Positions 47,437 to 57,586 are shown, counted from the first letter of the stretch. The stretch: 64,000 nucleotides of DNA from Isosphaeraceae bacterium (GCA_965201075.1 CBDAVP010000002.1:62001-126000), one strand, 5' to 3'. The notes: generated by a model not told the origin, from the letters alone. A program made the numbers and translations.

Positions 47437-50400
47437 TCAACGAACCAACAACGCCACGAGCGGGCGAAGATCGAAGAACCGGAAATCCCGGGTCGGACCA
47501 GTCGCGATCCATTGCCCAGTCAGGTTCCAAACTCGCGGCAGCCGGTCGGGCCGATCCTTCAGCAGAGTGAAATACGTGACCAGCACCCCGGGAAGTTGGG
47601 CGGGATCAGTCGCGGCCACTTCCAGGTCGGCGAGCGCGGCGTCGGTGCGATGAAGTCTCGCCAGCGACCGGGCCCGGCCCAGTTCCGCCAGGCGATCATC
47701 CGGGTCGCCGGCCAGCGCGGCCGACCACGCCTCCACCGCGTCCCGATCCCGCCCCAGCGAAGCCAGAGCCCCAGCCAGGCTCGACCACGAAGCCGGTCCA
47801 GCCCCCTTCCGAGCCGCCAGTTCCAGGTCCACGACGGCGCCCGCGGCATCTCCCCGGTCCATCGCCAGTTCCCCCCGCAATTCCAGGAATGAGGGCGTAT
47901 CCGGCTCGATCCGTCCGGCATGGGCCACATCATCCCGGGCGCCGGCGTGATCCCCAATCCAGCGACGCACCCGGGCCCGACGGATCAGCGACGAGGCCGA
48001 TTCGGTGCCTTGGGCCAGCCCCCGGTTGGCCGACTCCGCCGCCTCCTCGCGTCTCCCCAGCACGGCCAGCGCCACCGCCCGGTCCAGCAAGGCCGCCGTT
48101 GTCGACGCCCCATCCAGGCGATTCACCGAGGCTCGCAGGTCAGCGGCCAGGAATGCTCCACCCACCGGCCAACCCGCAAGGACCTCGGGCCGATCCAGCC
48201 GGGGCGGCGCGTCGGGGTGAGCCGCCAGCCGCGCGCGGTCGAGAAGTCGATCGACCCCCGGACCCGGCCGCAACCGACTCGCCATCTCGGCATCAGCCAA
48301 CGCCTCCCCGGGACGCCCCAACCGCAGCCGCGCTTCGGCTCGACGGAACCAGACTTCCGGCCACCCTTTCCCCACCGTGTCCGAGGCAAGGTCTGCCAAC
48401 CGCGCCTCGGCCTCAACGTCCTGGCCCAGAGCAAGCGCCACTTCCGCCTCGCCGAGTTGAGCGCGGCGGGCCACCTCATCCGAATCGTCGGCGCGGCGCA
48501 ACGCGTCATACTGCTCCAGGGCCCGCCGATAACAACCCCGACAACGATCCAGCTCCGCCAGGTTCCAACGGAGGGTCCGGGTCAACGCCGGGCCTGGCTC
48601 GCCCGCCATCGCGTCCAGAAACGCGGTCTGGGCCCCCGCGAAATCCCCGAGCTTGCGACGCAGAATTCCCAGATGCAGCCACCCTTCCCCCAACCCCAGA
48701 TCCAGCGAACGGGCCGAAGCGATCGCCCGCTCCAGGTCATCCTGAGCCTGCCCCCAGGTCCCTCGCCGGGCCAGCAGGTCCGCGCGGTTCAACCGGGCCC
48801 AGGGTGACGCCGGCTCCAGCGCGACAGCGACCTCGCAATGCTTCAGCGCCTCGTCAATGCGGCCCGACTCCGCGTAATACCTCGCCAAAATAAATCGCGA
48901 CCAGTAATCGTCCGGCTCGATCCGCGCCGCCCGCTCCAGCCACGCCATCGCCCGATCGGGCTGCTTCACCATCCCGAAAAACAGGCCCCACTTCAGGCAG
49001 GTCCGGGCCGAACTCTCCTCCGCTGTCCCCTCGCCACTGAGACTCCGCGGAGCACGCGGATCCACCTTGGCCAGCAGCCGAGCCCGTTCCGCCCGCCAGG
49101 GGCCCGGCGCCTGAGTGAAGGCCAACGCCCGGTCGCAAATTCCGACCAGGGCGAGAACCCCCGCCGCCTCATCCCGACCATCCTCGCCCAGCACATACAG
49201 ATACAACAACTGGTCCACCGCCGCCGTCAAGCGATCCCGCGGGCTCGGCTCCAGGTCAGTCGCCGGGGGACGCCCCCACCAGTCGGGCCTCTCCAGCACG
49301 CCGAACGGGGCCAGAACCTCCCGCAGCTCCGCCACCGCCGCGGTCGGACTTCCCTCAATCCCCAACAGCCGGAACTTCAATGGCTCGGCGCGATCCACCA
49401 ACGTCCGGGCCTGTTGGGCCGCCGCCGCCTTCCGGGCCGCTCGCGAGCGCAGCGCCGTCGCGTCATGACCGACGACGACCGGACCGGCGGCCGTGCGAGC
49501 CAATCGGTCGGCCGCTTCGTAAAGCGTGGCCGCCAGCGTGAACTCTCCACGACCCTCGGCCTCTTCCCCGGCTTCCACCTGCCGGCGGACCTCATCCACC
49601 CGGTTCCGCCGCGAGTGCAATCCTTCCGAAAGAGCCGAAACCACCACCGCCACGGTCACCGCCGCGAAGGCGATGGCCCCCAGCGGACGGCGGCGACGGC
49701 GGACCCATCGCAACGTCCGCGCCGGTTGGGGCTCCCGGGCGTGAAACAAAGGCCCATCCTCCGCCACGGCCTGAAGGTCGTCGGCCAGTTGCCGCGCCGA
49801 GGCATACCGCAACCGGGGATCGGGCTCCAGGCAGCGAAGGACCACCGCCTCAAGCGCGGGAGGGACCTCGGGATGGTCCCGTCGCAGCGGTTCCGCCCCC
49901 TCCCGGCGCTCGGCCGCCGCCCGTTGCAACGCTTCCTCCACCGAAAGCGCCCCCGTCGGAGGCGCGAACGGCCGCGACGACGCCAGCGCCTCGTAAAGCA
50001 CCACCCCCAACGCATACACGTCGCACCGAGCATCCACCCCGTCGGCGTCCCCCCTCGCCAGCGCGTCAAGCTGCTCAGGCGCCATGTAAGCCAACGTCCC
50101 ACCCGGAGCCGTGAACGGCTCGTCCACCGAGCCTTCCCCAATCGGCGACTGCGCCAGGTTGAAGTCGACCAGCAAAGGCAGCCCATCCCCGGCGATCAAC
50201 ACGTTCGACGGCTTGACGTCCCGGTGCAGCACGCCCCGCTCGTGAGCATGTTGCAACGCCTCGGCCAACCGAGCCCCCCACCACGCGATCGCCCGGGCAA
50301 ACGGCCGACAGGCCAGTTCCGCCCGGCCCGAACCACCCCCCCCAGCCTCCCCCCGCGGCGCGATTCGGTCGACCACCTCGACCAGTTCCGCCCCCGACCG

Positions 50401-51186
50401 AGCCACCAGCGTCACCGGGTCCGCCAGCACCTGCGCCAGCGTCACCCGTCCCAGATACGGCATGCAAAGCAGGTGAAGTCCCGTGGCCGGATCGACCCGG
50501 TACGAGTGGACCGGCACGATATGAGTATGCTGCAACCGCGCCAGGGCATGTGGCTCTCGCGACCCCCGCCGAGTCACCTTCAACGCGACCGGCCGATCGG
50601 CCAACTGCCGCTCCTTGGCCAGAAAGACCCGCCCAAACGCCCCCCGTCCCAGTTCGCCGACCAGGTGAAACCCGCCAATGGTCTGGCCCGCCTCGGGCAA
50701 CTTCGCCACCGGCTCCCGACCCCCCTCCGTCGAGGCGGACAGCGACACCGACATCGAAAACGACTCGCCCGACGACCGCCCCGAGCCCACCAGTTGGTGA
50801 ATCCCCAGCACCCGTCGCAACGGAGCGAGCAATTGCGGAAATCGGCGGTAATAGTCCTCGGGGTCAGGCTCCTCGCCCGCCTCCTCTCGCAAGCAAAATT
50901 CCTCGTACAGCAAGGCGACCACGGCCTCGGACGAGAGATCCTGGTGCTTGGTCAGATACGGCTCGACAATCGCGGCCTCGCCAGCCTCCCGGCGGAGGTT
51001 CAGGTCCGCGCGCAGCAGGGCGAGCAAGGCGCCGGGACGGCCCTCGGCCTCCCGGGGCAGGTAATCGGTCGGCTCGGGATGCTGCCCGCCTCGCCAGGCC
51101 GCTTCATAACGACGAGCCAGCCCAACCGCCACCGGCGACGAGGCCTCGTCCCACGTCCGGCCCGATCCCGAGCCGCTCAGACTCAT
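47437..51186 (-). CDS. Membrane Ser/Thr kinase with C-terminal TPR repeats
   Basis: ELGRGAFGRVF, VALKV, HRDVKPSN, DFNLA, GGTLAYMAPEQ; RRRRR + TM helix; TPR-like repeats. Confidence 0.92.
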   Translation of the reverse strand: MSLSGSGSGRTWDEASSPVAVGLARRYEAAWRGGQHPEPTDYLPREAEGRPGALLALLRADLNLRREAGEAAIVEPYLTKHQDLSSEAVVALLYEEFCLREEAGEEPDPEDYYRRFPQLLAPLRRVLGIHQLVGSGRSSGESFSMSVSLSASTEGGREPVAKLPEAGQTIGGFHLVGELGRGAFGRVFLAKERQLADRPVALKVTRRGSREPHALARLQHTHIVPVHSYRVDPATGLHLLCMPYLGRVTLAQVLADPVTLVARSGAELVEVVDRIAPRGEAGGGGSGRAELACRPFARAIAWWGARLAEALQHAHERGVLHRDVKPSNVLIAGDGLPLLVDFNLAQSPIGEGSVDEPFTAPGGTLAYMAPEQLDALARGDADGVDARCDVYALGVVLYEALASSRPFAPPTGALSVEEALQRAAAERREGAEPLRRDHPEVPPALEAVVLRCLEPDPRLRYASARQLADDLQAVAEDGPLFHAREPQPARTLRWVRRRRRPLGAIAFAAVTVAVVVSALSEGLHSRRNRVDEVRRQVEAGEEAEGRGEFTLAATLYEAADRLARTAAGPVVVGHDATALRSRAARKAAAAQQARTLVDRAEPLKFRLLGIEGSPTAAVAELREVLAPFGVLERPDWWGRPPATDLEPSPRDRLTAAVDQLLYLYVLGEDGRDEAAGVLALVGICDRALAFTQAPGPWRAERARLLAKVDPRAPRSLSGEGTAEESSARTCLKWGLFFGMVKQPDRAMAWLERAARIEPDDYWSRFILARYYAESGRIDEALKHCEVAVALEPASPWARLNRADLLARRGTWGQAQDDLERAIASARSLDLGLGEGWLHLGILRRKLGDFAGAQTAFLDAMAGEPGPALTRTLRWNLAELDRCRGCYRRALEQYDALRRADDSDEVARRAQLGEAEVALALGQDVEAEARLADLASDTVGKGWPEVWFRRAEARLRLGRPGEALADAEMASRLRPGPGVDRLLDRARLAAHPDAPPRLDRPEVLAGWPVGGAFLAADLRASVNRLDGASTTAALLDRAVALAVLGRREEAAESANRGLAQGTESASSLIRRARVRRWIGDHAGARDDVAHAGRIEPDTPSFLELRGELAMDRGDAAGAVVDLELAARKGAGPASWSSLAGALASLGRDRDAVEAWSAALAGDPDDRLAELGRARSLARLHRTDAALADLEVAATDPAQLPGVLVTYFTLLKDRPDRLPRVWNLTGQWIATGPTRDFRFFDLRPLVALLVR

Positions 51187-51252
51187 CGCGACGGCCCTCC
51201 TTGCTCAACCCGTTGCGGTCTCAATGGCCGCGGATTCGTCGCGAAACCCGTT

Positions 51253-51879
51253 TCAGCCCTGGTCCAACCCATCCCCCGTCGACGAGCCCAACTCGGCGAG
51301 GGCTCGCTGTCGCAAATCCTCAATGACCCGCTGCACCGTCCGCTCACTCAGACCCAGCCTGACCCCAACCTCCCGACTCGAAAGCCCATCGGCCTTGAGT
51401 TCCAGAATCGCCCGGCGCCCCTCGGGCATCAACTCGCGAAGCCTCAAAAACGCCTCCCGAGCCTCGGCCAGCTCCCCGGGTGAATCTCCCCCATCGGGCA
51501 AATCGCCGGCTCGGGCACCATCGGGACCAGCCAACGACTCTTCCCGGCGCATGTCCTGCTTCTGGCTGGCCGCGCGTCGATACTCATCAATCACCTTATT
51601 CTTCGCCGCCTTGGCCAGGAAAGCGACCAGGTGGCGACCATCCTCGAAATCCGCCGGAGCTGTCCGAACTCTCCGGAAGAAGCTCCCCCAAACGCTCTGC
51701 AGGAAGTCCAGCGAGTCGAATCGCGACCGCAACAGCTTGGGCAACTGGCGGCGAACCACCAGGCGCACTTCCGGCTCATAGCGGGTCAGCAACTCGCGAG
51801 CGGCCTCATCATCACCAGCCCGGATCCTCGCCAGGAACCTCGGGAGATCATCCGCGTCCTCCTCGACGCCCATGCCCAT
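51253..51879 (-). CDS. ECF sigma factor, kinase-associated planctomycete type
   Basis: GD..AA.EL..RY, RSRFDSLDFLQSV, KV.D.YR, region 4 EV...LG.SERTVQR. Confidence 0.9.
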   Translation of the reverse strand: MGMGVEEDADDLPRFLARIRAGDDEAARELLTRYEPEVRLVVRRQLPKLLRSRFDSLDFLQSVWGSFFRRVRTAPADFEDGRHLVAFLAKAAKNKVIDEYRRAASQKQDMRREESLAGPDGARAGDLPDGGDSPGELAEAREAFLRLRELMPEGRRAILELKADGLSSREVGVRLGLSERTVQRVIEDLRQRALAELGSSTGDGLDQG

Positions 51880-51979
51880 CCCTCCCGCGACCCAACCACC
51901 CAGGTCCGGCCACCCGCCGGACCCTCGCCGAGCCTACCGCCCCCAAGCCCCGTCCCGCAACCTCGACGAAAGTCCGCGG

Positions 51980-52712
51980 CAGGTCCGTTTCCCTCTCCAT
52001 CGGCCGCGCAATCGGCTGTCCCCGAGTGCCGGCGAAACCTCGAAGCAGAGTCGTTTCCATTCCATTGGGCTCGCAATCGGGGACTGGCTCCGTCGGTACT
52101 CCGTCGGTGCCTGTCCCCCATCGCCGTGGCCGGTGGTCGGCGCAGTGGCAGGGACATTGAGGGCAAACGGGGAACAAGCAGGACCGTTTCCCTCTCCATT
52201 GGGCTCGCAATCGGGGACTGGCTCCGTCGGTACTCCGTCGGTGCCTGTCCCCCATCGCCGTGGCCGGTGGTCGGCGCAGTGGCAAGGACATTGAGGGCGA
52301 ACGGGGAACAAGCAGGACCGTTTCCCTCTCCATTAAGCTCGCAATCGGGGACTGGCTCCGTCGGTACTCCGTCGGTGCCTGTCCCTCCATCGCCGTGGCC
52401 GGTGGTCGGCGCAGTGGCAGGGACATTGAGGGCGAACGGGGAACAAACAGGACCGTTTCCCTCTCCATTGGACTCGCAATCGGGGACTGGCTCCGTCGGT
52501 ACTCCGTCGGTGCCTGTCCCTCCATTGCCGGGGCCGGTGGTCGGCGTGGCAGGGACATCGGGAAGCGAAAAAGGAACAGGCCGCTTCCATCTCCATTGGC
52601 CTCGCAATCGGGGACTGGCTCCGTCGGCACCCCGTCGGTGCCTGTCCCTCCATTGACGTGGCCGGTGGTCGGCGCAGTGGCAAGGACATCGGGAGGCGAA
52701 AGGGGAGCAAGC
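51980..52712. repeat. Tandem array: 5 units of ~134 bp plus a partial unit, each with a 40 nt imperfect palindrome (REP-like)
   Basis: GCAATCGGGG anchor at 52073, 52207, 52341, 52476, 52604 (spacing 134, 134, 135, 128); partial at 52008. Confidence 0.95.
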
Positions 52713-52846
52713 CCCGGAGGACTACACCAAGAACCAGTCCCCATGGCCTCACCCAAGGAGAAAACGAAACGGCACTGGGCTCCGAGGATAGTCGGAAATC
52801 CGCCCCAAGTTCGGACATCGGCCCAAGACGAATCCCGGGCCAACCC

Positions 52847-54619
52847 TCAACCCGTCACACCCGCCGAGGTCAGTCGGATCGCGCTATTGATGAGCGAAAC
52901 ATGGGAAAACGCCTGGGGAAAGTTCCCCAACTGCCTCCCAGCCTTCGGGTCATATTCCTCCGCCAGCAAGCCCACGTCGTTGCGCAGGGCCAGCAACCGC
53001 TCAAACATCGACCGGGCCTCGTCCAGTCGGCCCATCAAGGTCAGGTTGTCGACCATCCAGAACGAGCAGGCCAGAAACGTCCCTTCCCCCGGCGGCAGAC
53101 CATCCACGTCGGGCGTGGGGCTGTAGCGAGCCACCAGCCCATCGCTCATCAGTTCCCGACGAATCGCCTCCAGCGTCCCAATGACGCGAGAATCCTCGGC
53201 GGGCAGGAACCCCACCAGGGGGATCATCAGCAAGCTCGCGTCCAGAGCCTCCCCGCCATAATACTGAACGAATGCCCCTCGGGCGTGATCATACCCCTTC
53301 CGGCAGACATCCTCATGAATCTGGTCGCGAGTCGCCTTCCAGCGATCCACGGGAGCGTCCAGGTCAAATTCCTCGGCCGAGCGGATGGCCCGGTCCATCG
53401 CGGCCCACGCCATGACCTTGGAATGCGTGAACTGGCGACGAGGTCCCCTCACCTCCCAGATCCCCTCATCGGGCTCCTGCCAGGCCGATTCCACATACGC
53501 GATCAGGCTCCGTTCCAGCGCCCAAGCATCCCCGTCGGGTTCCACCCCCAGCCGCCGAGCCTCATACATCGCCCCCAGGACCTCGCCATACACATCAAGT
53601 TGAAACTGCCCATGAGCCGCGTTCCCAACTCTCACCGGGGCCGAGTTCTCATACCCCGGCAACCAGTCCAGGGTCATCTCGGTAAGCCGCCGCTCCCCGG
53701 CCAGCCCATACATGATTTGGAGTCGAGACGGGTCGCCCGCCGCGGCCCTCAGCAGCCACGAACGCCAGGCGGCGGCCTCGTCCCGGAACCCCGCCCTCAT
53801 CAACGAGTACAAGGTGAGAGTCGCGTCCCTCAGCCAGCAAAGCCGGTAGTCCCAGTTCCGCTCCCCACCAATCTTCTCGGGCAACGACGTCGTCGCCGCG
53901 GCCACAATTCCCCCCGTCGGCTCGTAAGCCAGAGCCTTCAAGGTAATCAGCGACCGCAGGACGGCGTCTCGCCAGGGGCCCTGGTATGTGCACTTTCCCG
54001 TCCATTCCGCCCAGAACGCCTCGGAGTCCAGCAAGGTCTGTTCGGGTTCGAGCGCGGGAGCGAGGGGTTCATGAGACGGGGTCCACGTCAGATCAAAGGA
54101 AACCCGTTCCCCCTCGCCCACCGTGAAGTGCGCCAACGTCCGGTTCCCCTCCCCACGAAGCGGAACGCCCGTCCGGATGGCGATCCGGTCCGGCCCCGAC
54201 GTGGCGGTGAGTCCTCTCGCCAGATGCTGCACCCAGGGCACGATCGAGCCATAGTCGAACCGCAACGCCAGGTCCATCACCATCGGCACACGACCCCGCA
54301 ACCCCTCCACCACCCGGATTAACTCGGGCGCCCCGCCTCTCGCCGGCATGCAGTCGATCAAACGCACCGCCCCCTCGGCCGTCTCGAACGTCGTCTCCAG
54401 CACCAGAGTCTCATCGCGATACCGACGAGACGTCCCCTTCTCAGCGCCTTCGGGAGCGATCCGCCAACAGCCGTGCTCGGGGCTGCCCAGCAGCGCGGCG
54501 AAACAGGCTCCCGAGTCGAACCGGGGCAGGCACAGCCAGTCAATCGACCCGTCCAGGCCGACCAGCGCCGCGGTCTGGCCGTCGCCGATCATGGCGTACT
54601 CTTCAATGGGCAAGGGCAT
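52847..54619 (-). CDS. GH15 glycoside hydrolase (trehalase/glucoamylase-like)
   Basis: IGD..TAALV, AAATTSLPE..GG.RNWDYR.CWLRD, QLDVYGE, DEGIWE.RG, LAEE, GNFPQAFSH. Confidence 0.95.
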   Translation of the reverse strand: MPLPIEEYAMIGDGQTAALVGLDGSIDWLCLPRFDSGACFAALLGSPEHGCWRIAPEGAEKGTSRRYRDETLVLETTFETAEGAVRLIDCMPARGGAPELIRVVEGLRGRVPMVMDLALRFDYGSIVPWVQHLARGLTATSGPDRIAIRTGVPLRGEGNRTLAHFTVGEGERVSFDLTWTPSHEPLAPALEPEQTLLDSEAFWAEWTGKCTYQGPWRDAVLRSLITLKALAYEPTGGIVAAATTSLPEKIGGERNWDYRLCWLRDATLTLYSLMRAGFRDEAAAWRSWLLRAAAGDPSRLQIMYGLAGERRLTEMTLDWLPGYENSAPVRVGNAAHGQFQLDVYGEVLGAMYEARRLGVEPDGDAWALERSLIAYVESAWQEPDEGIWEVRGPRRQFTHSKVMAWAAMDRAIRSAEEFDLDAPVDRWKATRDQIHEDVCRKGYDHARGAFVQYYGGEALDASLLMIPLVGFLPAEDSRVIGTLEAIRRELMSDGLVARYSPTPDVDGLPPGEGTFLACSFWMVDNLTLMGRLDEARSMFERLLALRNDVGLLAEEYDPKAGRQLGNFPQAFSHVSLINSAIRLTSAGVTG

Positions 54620-54818
54620 CGACGGAAAAACTCCCGGAGGATGGCGGCCCGACAAACCGCCCAGGATCGGGCTTGTGCGATTTCGCCAGCCCCGTTATAA
54701 GCTCCCAACCTGTCTTCGGCCTCCCCCCACCGCGACCGACAACCCACGACTCCCGCCGATTTGAGTCACCGGGCACGGGAGGCCCGGCCTCTCCCTGGCT
54801 TCCCGGGAGCTTGTCGAG

Positions 54819-55646
54819 ATGTCGCGCCGCCGCGCCTTCCGACCCGAATCGTTACCCATCCTGGAAGACCGGGTCGTCCCCAGTACCTTCTTCCACACCG
54901 TCAACCAGGATTGGGATAAAGTCACCTCGCAGGTCAAAAGCGCCGCTCGGGCCGTCGCCACCAAGCACGACCCCAACCGAGCCCCCGGCGCCGAGGACCT
55001 CCAGGCCCGCCTCGGCCACACGAAACTCGGCCTTCCCGTGGCCGCCTCCGGAGCGGCCACCCCGGTCAAGTCCAACGCCGTCCACGCCAAGTACGGGCCC
55101 GCCGCCGGCCTCTACGTCCCCGGCCGCTCGATGAGCCGCACCACCTTCGACGACGGCACGACCCAGACCATCGTCGGTGTGGTCTCTCACTCCCACACCA
55201 TCACCACCACCCTCCAGACGATCACTCTCCGCGACGGCACGGTCAAGACCGGCAGCCTCACGGCGGTCGTCAACGGACCGACCACCACCTATTCCGAAAC
55301 CGTCGGCACAATCGGCAGCACCGCCGAGACGATCACCGGCACCGACACTCGCGCTGGGCACGTCGTCACCTTCAACCGCACCGTCACCCTGGCCGACAAC
55401 GCCGGGACTCAGACGATCCAGGGAACCCTCACCACCGCCGGGGCAACGACCAGCGTCGACCAGATGGTCACGCTCCCCAACGGCCAGACCGAGCACGTCG
55501 TCCAGACAAGCATCCGTCGCCCGGGCCGGACCTACGCGGTCAACACCTCAACCACCGCCCCCGACGGCACCACAACCACCGTCACTAGCACTCGAGGCGA
55601 GCGAGGCCCCGCCAGCACCCTCCCCGCCGGCATGGACGTCTTCTGA
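54819..55646 (+). CDS. Planctomycete extracellular-motif protein, Thr-rich
   Basis: N-terminal RRRAFRP...LEDRVVPS motif; repetitive T/V-rich strands with D/N-G turns. Confidence 0.7.
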   Translation: MSRRRAFRPESLPILEDRVVPSTFFHTVNQDWDKVTSQVKSAARAVATKHDPNRAPGAEDLQARLGHTKLGLPVAASGAATPVKSNAVHAKYGPAAGLYVPGRSMSRTTFDDGTTQTIVGVVSHSHTITTTLQTITLRDGTVKTGSLTAVVNGPTTTYSETVGTIGSTAETITGTDTRAGHVVTFNRTVTLADNAGTQTIQGTLTTAGATTSVDQMVTLPNGQTEHVVQTSIRRPGRTYAVNTSTTAPDGTTTTVTSTRGERGPASTLPAGMDVF

Positions 55647-55855
55647 GCCAGCCCAGACCAGGCCAGGGATCGCGCTCGATCCTGAAAAGGAAGAGTCCGC
55701 CCAGCTCGCCCCAGCCACCGCCAACCCGCATCGCCCCGGCCCTCGGGGCGACGCCCTCCCCGGCCCGAATCGTCCCGGCCCAACGAAAAGCGGACTCGCT
55801 CGCGCGACCCGACAGTGCGGCGGTGCCTCTCAACCCAAAACGTGTGCCATCCACT

Positions 55856-55962
55856 TGTCGCGGCGGAGGAAAAAGGGGACTGGCTCTCGCGACCGAAAAC
55901 TCTGGACACAACATCAGACAATTGCCCGCGAGTGCCTGTCCCTTTTTTCCTCCGCCGCGACA
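55856..55962. repeat. REPIN/MITE-like element with 36 bp inverted arms
   Basis: TGTCGCGGCGGAGGAAAAAGGGGACTGGCTCTCGCG (55856-55891) vs CGCGAGTGCCTGTCCCTTTTTTCCTCCGCCGCGACA (55927-55962), 3 mismatches; core shared with the array. Confidence 0.85.
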
Positions 55963-56277
55963 TGTCCCCCAACGCCTCGATAAAAACGCTCGAACCGCGA
56001 AACCCAGGCCCCATGGCCTCCAGGACTGAGCAGGATCACCAGGTCGCAAGACACAATTCCCCAGGCCCGAAAACCTCACCAACCTCCCGCCAGACACCCT
56101 CCAAAACCAATCGAGCCTCCTGGCCCATCCCAACCCTCGCGACCCCCTCGGTAAAAAATCGCGAAAAATCCGAATTTGCCCGTCATCAATCCCGACCTCG
56201 GTCACGATAGTGAACCTTGAGGGGATCAATCCTCCCCCAACGAACCTGGAATCCGCACCAAAGCCCGAGCCAACCCC

Positions 56278-57276
56278 ATGAACGCCAACCCCTCGCCCGA
56301 AGTCCACACCACCCCCCGCCCCCTCCTCCACGGCCTCAGCATCATCACCCCCGAAAACGAGGCCGACGCCCTCAACGACCGAATCGACTTCTGGACCTCC
56401 AGCCTCAAACCCTTCGACATCTACGAAGCCTGGCTCGTCCACGAAGTCGCCCGCAACACCCTCGAAATCGAGCGCCTTCACCAAACCCAGATCGTCCTGC
56501 GTCACGACCACGCCCAGCGCATCGCCATCGTCTTCGAGCAACAACAGCGTGACCACGCCGAACTCCTCGCCTCCGGTCTCGCTAGACACCCCGCCAGGGC
56601 CCTCGCCGCCCTCCGCAAATTCGCCCAGGGTTGCCTCGTCATAGCCCGTCGCTGGGAATGGCTCCTGAAATCCCTCGACAAGCGAGGAAACTGGACCGAG
56701 TCCCAACGCCAACAGGCCATGAACCTCCTCAACGTCCCACCCGACCTCCGAGACGGCGTAACGCCCCTCGATCCGCCCGATGAAGACCCAGAAACGCTCC
56801 GGGAACACCTCCAAAGGGTGGCCGAAACCGAGCTTCAGCGCCACAAGGAACTCGCCGCTCTCCTGCAACCGCTCGACGAACGGATGAAGCACGCGCAATC
56901 CCTGGGTCTCGGTCCCGAGCCGCCCGAAGTCGCCGCCATCCGCAAGGTCCAGCGACAGGCCGAGCGACGCCTCGCCTGGACCCGTTCCCAGTTCAAAACC
57001 TCCCGCCCCGACCCCCGTCCCGTCGACCGAAACAACTTGCCCGCCTACATCCCCGGCGAGTGGAAGAACAACATTCCGTACCAACCCAACCGGACCAGTT
57101 CGGCCGAACCCCCGACGCCCCGCGAACCCCAGCCCCCGGCGGTCGCCTCCACCCCTTCCTGGTCCACTCCCCAGCCTTCGCCGGACGGGCCGGCCCTCAA
57201 CGTTCACCCCAACCCGAAACCCCAGATCCCCGACCCCACGCCATCCCGCTCCAAACACCGACGACGCCGCGCCTGA
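56278..57276 (+). CDS. Hypothetical helical protein (HGL...L.P....E..LV family), Pro-rich tail
   Basis: LHGL....P.NE, LKP.D.YEAWLV..VA....IER pattern recalled from a multicopy planctomycete family. Confidence 0.65.
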   Translation: MNANPSPEVHTTPRPLLHGLSIITPENEADALNDRIDFWTSSLKPFDIYEAWLVHEVARNTLEIERLHQTQIVLRHDHAQRIAIVFEQQQRDHAELLASGLARHPARALAALRKFAQGCLVIARRWEWLLKSLDKRGNWTESQRQQAMNLLNVPPDLRDGVTPLDPPDEDPETLREHLQRVAETELQRHKELAALLQPLDERMKHAQSLGLGPEPPEVAAIRKVQRQAERRLAWTRSQFKTSRPDPRPVDRNNLPAYIPGEWKNNIPYQPNRTSSAEPPTPREPQPPAVASTPSWSTPQPSPDGPALNVHPNPKPQIPDPTPSRSKHRRRRA

Positions 57277-57586
57277 CCCCTCGACCGCTCTTTCTCAATC
57301 CGGCCCGATTCGGCGAACCCCCGCCAGGGCCGCTCCACGTCCCGGTCCAACCAGAGCGATTTCCTTCTCCACGGGCTCTGGAATCGCGGGCTGGCGCCGA
57401 AGCGCTGCCCGTAGGCCCGTTCCCCATTCCGTGGCAAGGTGGGCGGCTCCAGAAACCCGTGGAGCTTCTCGACGTGAGAGAAAACCCCCCTGGCCCGGTC
57501 TCCTGGACGGGGCGAAGGGATTCGGCGAAGATGGGCCCGACGCCCGCCCCGGCTCGAAATCCAGGGCGTCGGGAGGCTCGAACGTC

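Noticed and set aside
48838..51483. 881 aa + strand ORF
   Set aside because: Antisense shadow of the TPR kinase; Arg/Pro/Gln-rich, no domain
51980..52712. CRISPR array
   Set aside because: Sequence between hairpins is conserved rather than unique, the period is ~134 bp, and no cas genes are in the window
51631..53126. Repetitive ORFs in several frames across the array
   Set aside because: Translations of the repeat; the same peptides rotate between frames because the unit is mostly not a multiple of 3
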